Assembly: GCA_013265495.1 (NCBI GenBank)
Contig: MU061538.1
Coordinates: 558,001-622,000 of the forward strand
DNA length: 64,000 nt
Direction: 5' to 3'
Origin: Vicugna vicugna
Lineage: Eukaryota
Shown here one piece after another: positions 56,736-64,000 of the stretch. Each line of letters starts with the position of its first letter. The stretch's first letter is position 1. The position numbers and the translations under genes are program-made. The notes beneath the pieces are model-generated. The model was not told the origin of the DNA. It saw only the letters and a program-made list of their open reading frames with translations, and ran no database searches.

Positions 56736-59700
56736 CATGTCAGCAGCTTTTCAACTTAAATAAGAAAATGCTACCATGCTGAGTCATCCAAAGCTTAAGC
56801 AGCCATTTTCAGAGCAGAAAAACAAAAAAGGAAGCAGCCCACGTATGTGCCGGGAGAGGGGGCTTCACCGCGGCCTTACGGTTAGCTCGTCTGGGGAGTT
56901 ATCAGCGGCCTTTGTTTTCATTCTGCACACGTTCATCTCCTGTTCTTTCCTGTGTGCGCTATTTATGGAAGAAAAAGTTAGTTTTTTTTTAATTAAGCCC
57001 TCCTGCGGCCCCCCCACACCCACCCCACGTACACACACAAAGGATTTTAGACGTCAGCTTTTTGAACACCTACGGTCTGGGGGAGGAATGTGCGTGGTGT
57101 TTAAATTCCCCGTTAACATCCCTGATTATTCCAGGAGTGGTGGTGTCTGGGCAGGATCGCCGCACCTGTTCCCACACCCTTGAAGAGAAGGGGCCGCCTA
57201 GCGTTGTTACTGTGGCAGTTTTCGTTTTGTTTAAAACACCTTCTTTCGCGACCAAGGCCTCGCTTCCCCTCAGACGACGTGAAACACACTCTCGTGTCTC
57301 AGAAGAAAAGCATCTGATCCACAAACGTGAAGAGCAAAGGCTCCTAAGACGCGAGTGGGAACAACACTCGTGTGACGCCCAGAACGAAAATATTAACAGG
57401 AAAACACAGAACAGATCAAATCGAGACGGCCAGAGCCGGGCAGAGGCAGGCTGCTGGAGCAACACGGCTGAGAGGGTGGGAATTTTATCTCAGTGTTAAT
57501 ACAGCCAAGAGTGTCTTTAGTGACCGAATTCTCAATGGAAAACAGAGTCTCCGCCCCCGACACTGCCGCTTGCTTGCCGGAGCCCCCGCTTCTATTTTTT
57601 GCCGTCCGTTTAGGAACACCAGTGAGCTTGCGCATGATCTCACCTTCCAGAGCTGAGATAAAGTGAGCGTTTAAGCAGCTGCCGTTTACAGGAATTAAGG
57701 TGACATCTAATGCCCCTCCTGCAGACAACATGAGATTAGATTAAACCTGCCGAGGTTCGTCATTTTAGAATCCCTCATGTTCTATTGAAAGAAGCTCATT
57801 CGTTCATGATGGATTTTGTGAACAGAACATTTTCCAAAGAAAAGTGAGGATCTAAAATCATTTGGCCAGGAACCATTTTATATCCATTTGTAAAACTGTG
57901 TGTTAACCACTCTTGAGAAAAGTCACTGCAGAAGCACTTCATCCAGAGCGCCCTCTCCTTCCCGGGGACCCTCACGCACCGCACTTCAGGCTGCAGATAA
58001 GCTAGTCAGTTTGCACAAACTTAGGTGTCACACCAGGCAAAAGTGTCTCCCTTATTAGGGTAACTTTGGCCCAAAAAACATGCATCAGATATTCCATAAT
58101 GATTGTCCCAAAGAAAGCAGACTGTAGTTCACATTTTCTAGATTGTGCCACTTAAATTTGCGTCTTTCCGACCCGAAGAAACCCGAGGGCTGTGTGGGCA
58201 GAGGTGGCGGGGTCAGGAGCTGGCAGGGAGGGTGGGCCTTGGAGCAGCTGCTATGTTTCTGTTCCCAGCGGAGGTGAGCTCCTGAGGTTCATGGTGTGGC
58301 CCGGAGGAGGTGTGCACAGTCACAGGTCTCGGTCATCTGGGCGAAAAGCCATCTGCTGGTTCCCGGAGTGACTGGAGCAGGGGCCCCACTGCTGGCCTCC
58401 CGGAGCCACACCTGTGGGAGCAGGGCCTCAGCGGCTGGGCCAGGCCTCCCCGAGGGCGGCTCCTCCCCGGCTCCCATGTCCTGGCTCTGCTCACACATGC
58501 CGATAGACAAACCAGTCAGACCAACATGAATAGAGTTGGTGTTAATTGAGTGAATAATAGAAAACAGTTCAAGTCAGCTGTGGTCAAAACTTCACTGAGA
58601 CGTGTGGGACACCAGCCCGACTGTCTGGCTTGAGTTTCTTTCTGTGCCTCTGTGTCCACTGGGGTGGGTGCGGGTGAGCGGACGGCCCAGAGCGGGGGTG
58701 GGGGTGGGGAACGCAGGAGCCCTGGCCCCGGGTGACCTGAGCTGGGTGACAGAGGGGTCGGGGCAGATGTGGAAGGATGTGAACACTGGGTGCCTGAGCT
58801 CCAGAGGCCTGGAGCCCGGTGTGCACGTGTGCACGCACGTGTGCGTGTGTGTGTTCTACTTTGTGGACACGACACCACAGGATGAGACTGCTGTGCCTCT
58901 GAGCGCAGTAGAGCCACCCAGTCTGGTTCTGGTTTTCCTTAAAATCACAGTCACTTCCCGAGTGGACAGACCACTGCGGCTGGCTCGGGAGTCTCTGTGG
59001 GAAGAACGTCTGGAGGCCTTGGCTCCCTGTGCGCCTCTCCGAGTGTCACTGCCAACAGACAGTGCCCTGAAAGTTAGGGTCAGAGTGGCCGAGGGTCAGG
59101 TATCTGCTGTGCTGTTCTGTTTGCCAACGCTTTGCAGCACCTCAGAGCCAGCCTGTGTCTGGACTGCATCGCCCCAGAGGATTGAGAAAAGTGGGCAATT
59201 GAAAGAAAGGTGACTTCCGTGCAAACAGAAACGGAGCGGGGCCGCCTGTGGAGGGGCGGGTCTGAGCTCCCCTGCCCCGTAATGCGTGACCGATTTCTAG
59301 TGATTGCGGCGCCCTGTCTGTCGGAGGCTAGTGGCTGTCTGAGAGGGAGGATGAGAAAATGAGGCTTGCAACGCAGAACGCTGTTTCCCAAGGTGCTTTC
59401 CCAGCCTGCGGCCACGAACACCTTTTGGTTTGGCCCTGTGCTTTCAGGCCGGCCACAGTTTCAGTTTCCTTCCTCCGTGGCATTGCTCCGGCTGTTTCAT
59501 ATTTCTGTGTTTATTCTGTCTCTGATGTAGAGACGAGGGCTCTCCTGTATGTCCCACGCAGAGGTGGATGCAGACCTGCTCCCTAACCTCCCTCAGCCCA
59601 TCCCTCAGAGCCCGGACGCCCCGGACAGACTTGAGAGCCCCGGTGCCCTTGGCACTGGCTGTCCCCAGGCCATGCCTGACACACCTGTGTGCCTGCCTGC

Positions 59701-60103
59701 CCCTCCCTCACCCTTCAGCACGTGGCGCCGTACCTCCCTGGCTGCTCCCGTCCTGCTAACTCACTGGGTCCTGGCTGGACGCACTTCCTGTCCCAGCTCT
59801 TGGTGGTCAATCCAATCTGGTCTGCGGTGAGTGAGGCCTGTTTTCACAATGGCTGAGTGTTCCCAGGGCCCCGCTCAGCACCGTGGTTCCCATGCCACGA
59901 ACATCTCTGAACCAATGAACTGGCTGGAGCCTTGGCTGCTCCGGCTGCGTCTGGCTAGTCCATGCCCTCCTTACTGGGCCCAGTGCCAGCCAGCTCCCAC
60001 CTCGTCCGTGCAGGTGAAGTGTGGGCCCCCTGTGTTGGCCGCCCAGCGTCCGGGATCCTGCCCCCAGCCCTGGGGCGCCCCTGACTCTGCACTTGCATTC
60101 CAG

Positions 60104-60251
60104 GCCTACATGGAGGACCACCTGGAGGACAAGAACCGGCTGCAGCGGGAGTGGGAGGCCCTGTGCGCCTACCAGGCAGAGCCCAGCTGCTCGCTCGTGG
60201 CCCAGAGGGAGGAGAACGTGCCCAAGAACCGCTGCCCGGCTGTGCTGACCT
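60104..60251 (+). CDS. PTPRN2: PTPRN2 first PTP-domain exon (exon 15 equivalent), 148 nt, phase 0-1
   Basis: Acceptor ctctgcacttgcattccag| and donor CCT|gtacgt. Translates [49 protein letters not shown] plus 1 nt. Confidence 0.98.
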
Positions 60252-61579
60252 GTACGTACCGCCCGCGGGCCCCTGGGCGCGGGAGGGCGGCCCGCCACGG
60301 CGGGCACGGGCCGCGCCTGCCAGCCCTCACGCGGCAGGACTGCCCTCCCCTCCTGCTGCTGGTCTGCTCTCCCTGCCGGCCGACTGTGCCCTCACTTTAA
60401 AGAGCAGGAAGACATCACCCTGGGGGACCTGCAGCCTCAAACCACAGAACCCGCGTCTCCATTTTGGCCCGGCGGGCTGCCCCCCAAGCTGCGCGGCGGG
60501 GCGGGCAGACGGCCCTGCGTTGGCTGTTGCTCTGTGACTTGCGGCTGGGGTCTGTGCCCTGGGAGCCTCCTTCTCCTCTGCACTCGGGGTCTCGCCGTCG
60601 TCCGTAAATCTCAAAGCTGCGAGGGTCAGACGAGGCCATGCCGCCGGCCTCCGCATGCTCTAGGCTCTGGGTGAGCAGGTGCCCCCGCCACGTTCAGCCA
60701 TCCGGTGTCCCCGCAAGCGATGCCAGGGACCTGCTGTCGGGCCATGAATCGTCACCAGAAAGCAGAGACACAGAAAGACACCAGCCACCTGGGGTCTTAC
60801 GTACAGCGTGGTGTGTCTGAGGTGACGAGTGACCCGCAGAAGCAAAGGCCCGCGGAGGGGCAGACGGGCTGAGTCTGCGCCCCGCCGACCTGCTGTTCCG
60901 GTTCCCCTGTCACCCAGCTAGTGATGCACCGGCCTCCTGTGTTCCAGCGGGTTCCAGGCCAGGCTGGCTGTGATGAATGCGTACCCCTCCCCGGGAGCGG
61001 GAGGGGAGCTGAGGGCTTCTGACCAAAGTGTCACATAGATGCCGACTTCACGGGTGGTAAGTGGGGGTGGGGGTGGTTACTGTCTTTCTTAGTAACGTAA
61101 GGGAACAAGAGAGAACGCACTTTGCGGGCGGATGTTCTCGAGGGCACAGCAAAGCCACCTGGGCCTCACGGGGAGCACCAGCACTCACCGTGGAGGCTGT
61201 GCTCCCGGGGTCACGGGCCCAGCCCAGTCCTGCGGGGCCAGTGCGGGAGCCAGCCAGGTGCCAGCCAACGGCGCAGTCCCGCCGTACTCCTGGCCTGTGG
61301 GAGGCAGCAGCAGGTGCCCTGCCTGCCTCACAGTAAGCGGCAGCAGTTCCATCTGGGCTCACAGGACAGGAAGGCCAAAGAGTCCCTGATGTGTTGCTGT
61401 AGACACCAGCCTGGGCATTACAGGCCCTTGTAAAACCTTGACCCACGTGAGTGTGAGTGTCCCTAACAGTGTGGTCAGCGTTCAGGAAAGCTCTGTGACG
61501 TCTGAGGGGTTTTCCCGGAAGAGCTCTAAAAGTAGGAGCCGTTGCAACATCCAAGCTTCACATTGAGAAGAGAAGCCGA

Positions 61580-61690
61580 TGACTAAGATTTTACTAAGTG
61601 CCTGCTGTGTGCCGAGGGCCGCGGACGGACACGGGGGCATCCAGCGAGCCGAGCTGGCCTCTGTCCTCAGAGGTTCTAGACGGGGCGTGG
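61580..61690 (-). mobile_element. Possible L2 3' fragment
   Basis: attttactaagtgcctgctgtgtgccgaggg resembles atttattgagcacctactatgtgccagg. Confidence 0.4.
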
Positions 61691-64000
61691 GTGGGTGATG
61701 ACAGCTGCACCCTGAGTAATTGGTGGTTTGGGCAAATAGCCTGTGCTGAGCGCGTCCCCTGGGCCTGGGGGCTTCCTTGGTTGTCAGGTACCGAACTGTA
61801 AATATTCAGGTTCAAAGGCTCTTCCCCGAGTACCCCTCTGCAGCGATAACCAGAACGTGGCACATCCCCGTCCACGTGCCCTCCAGCCGGGCTGGCCACC
61901 GGGCCCCGTCTGTGCCGTGTCAGCAGCAGGTCCACAGGCCAGGACCTCAGTGACGCAGGACATCTAGTGTTCAGCCATTAGGCAGCGCCACCTCTCAAGG
62001 CAGCCTCGGGGCGAGGCTCCAGCCCTGGGAGCCCTGGCACTTCCCCTTGGACCAGAACCTCGTGGCTGCCATCCTTGGGTCCGAGTGAGGGCTCCAAAGA
62101 GGAAGCTCTTTCTTTGTTGGGCTCTAGTGCCAGGAGTTAGGAAGAAGCCACCACATTCGATCACCATTTCCACCCCAGAGCCTGACCCGGATTCTCGCCT
62201 GTCCGGTCGTGTGGGAGAAGCCCCAGGCCCAGGAGGAAGGTGGGGCCCACACCCGCTGAGACAGAGCATCCGGCCGCATGGGTCCACTTCCTGCATGCAC
62301 ACCCCTCCTTCGTCCTCCGTCTTCACTTTGAGAAGGAGGTCGCATTGTCACACTGCACACTGCGTCCCTTCTGAGCGGGCTCTCGGGGGTGGCAGTGCGT
62401 CAACTCCTGTTGGTCTCACCAGACCCACCAGGGAGAAGGGCCTCCTCATCCCGAAAACCTGCTTCCTTCCGTCTGGCTATTCACTCCTGACCGCGCGGAA
62501 ACAGCCTGTAACAGAGCGTAGGGTGTTGACCATGGTGGGCATCCACACGGCCCATCTCCGCCACTGAAGAAGACTTCCCGAGCGGGCGGGCGCCTGACAC
62601 ACCACAGTGTGGACGGCGCCGTCCCCCACACCCCTGCTCTGACAGGGGCGTCATTCAGCCACCCTCGGGTCTCGGATGGAAACCCCGGAGCCGTCCTCTC
62701 TCCACAGTTGCTCCTTTTGCCGTAGTCTCGCCCTCGTTTCTGGGTCTGACCGGCACCTGCCATCTCTGCTCGCCCCCACCCCGACCGGACCCGGTCTTCC
62801 TTCCTCCAGCTCTTCTCCTTGGAACCAGCTCGCTTGGCCCTGCTTCTCCTCAAGTCCTCCCCGCAGAGATGGGAGTGGTGGCCGGGCTTCCGCGCCACAT
62901 CCACCCGGGCATCTGCCTGGACCCCAGGGCAGCCCCACGGCCCGCGCCTCCCACCGCCTCCCGCCTCCTCCGTCCCGTGCACATCTGGTGCCCCTCTGAA
63001 GTGTCTCTCTGCCCCCCGCACTGGGGCAGGTCCAGCCAGGCTGGAAGACATCCCAGAGGCAGGTTGGCGGGAAATTTAAAGTGTCCGGGTGAGTGACTTT
63101 TCAATTCCTGACAGCCTGGAGATTCTAGCTACCGACGAATTACTTCCCAAGGCGAAGGCAAGTAGCGTGTATGAGATGTTGGCTGGCACTGTGCTGGGTC
63201 TGGCGATACCTCAGAAGTTCAAAGAATTTAATGTGGTTTCTAAGTTTTTTGCATTTTTTAAGAGAATTATGCAATATTCCTCTCTTATGCTTTTTAAATT
63301 AAGAACAGTCATATGATGCTGGTTTTGGTGTGCCATGTGAAGCAAAAAAATGTTTTTGATTCTGAGTTGCAATAACGAGATAGAGACACGGAGACGCTCA
63401 GATGGAACCGGAGAGCAGGTAAATCCGAAGACGCCGGTTCGTAGAGTCGGAGGGAAATCTGGTGATGCTGATTCTCATGGTTTGGCTTTTTAGGGCATTG
63501 CTGCTGACAAGACCACAGCCCAGCCAACGGGGCCGGGTCGGGGGAGGGTTGGCTCCGGACTGGCTCCTCCTGGGGGCCAGGTCGCCCGGGTGGCACTGCA
63601 GGCGAAGAAAAGGACAGTCCCCAGGCTGAGCACATCACAGGCCACTGCCGAGCACGCGCCCCGGGCCTGCCCCTCCACCCCCCCCGGAGCCACCCCGCCT
63701 CACTGGACAGAGGAGGACACTGGGGTTTGAGCCCACGTCCCCTGTGCTGACCGCACACTGCCCCGCACGTGCTTTGTGGGCTCACCTGAGGTTTCTCGTG
63801 TCAGGAGAATGAACCCAGTTCCCAGACATCCGCAGAGGGAGGGTTTGGGGCCCACAAGGACTGCCGTGCTGCCCTTAAACCACGCAGGAAACAATTTCTG
63901 TCCAAACAAAGCTTTGCTTTACAGTTTCTCCCCAACCCTGAGCAGAGTCCCCATAGTGAATGTTCTGGCCTGGTCACATGTGCGTGACCTGGTCTGCCTG

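Larger units (their letters stand above)
32536..60103 (+). other. PTPRN2: PTPRN2 intron 14 (27,568 nt, GT-AG)
   Basis: Bounded by the two exons; the joined frame is continuous (MVL|AYM). Confidence 0.93.

Noticed and set aside
58267-58279. 5-nt microexon CAG|CGGAG|GTGAGC
   Set aside because: Frameshifting, weak pyrimidine tract, no clear branch point.
1-64000. miR-153-2 (intronic in PTPRN2)
   Set aside because: The mature sequence TTGCATAGTCACAAAAGTGA was not seen. By recall it lies in a later intron, downstream of this window.
60252-64000. PTPRN2 exon 16 (YDHSRV...)
   Set aside because: No matching sequence found; it should lie beyond the right edge.
1-64000. CTCF and REST sites
   Set aside because: Only partial matches (e.g. 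near 16847, 25553 and 59874); none is good enough to call.

Overview
Mammalian genomic DNA from a GC- and CpG-rich region, most likely a camelid (three tRNA-Ala-derived Vic-1-type SINEs plus cetartiodactyl-type L1 3' ends). The assembly has five N-gaps. The whole window lies inside the PTPRN2 (IA-2beta/phogrin) gene on the + strand. Three coding exons are recognisable with canonical splice sites: the transmembrane exon (10927-11139), the juxtamembrane exon (32341-32535) and the first PTP-domain exon (60104-60251), equivalent to human exons 13-15 (numbering from recall). The first ~10.4 kb is a very large intragenic CpG island split by an AT-rich, HOX/CDX-motif-rich spacer. The introns carry two minisatellites, MIR, L2, L1, MLT1 and Vic-1 repeats, and many neuroendocrine-type TF motifs (RFX X-boxes, CRE, FOX, NKX). 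Nearly all ORF-track ORFs are GC-content artefacts. I found no clearly novel system. The best leads are all hypotheses: (1) a Kozak-perfect 35-codon exon in the CpG island (8254-8358) whose donor is in phase with the TM exon, predicting a short PTPRN2 without the luminal domain; (2) a phase-consistent three-exon 321-codon ORF at 370-2457; (3) a 15-nt in-frame microexon candidate; (4) a poison-exon candidate; (5) a recursive-splice-like site.
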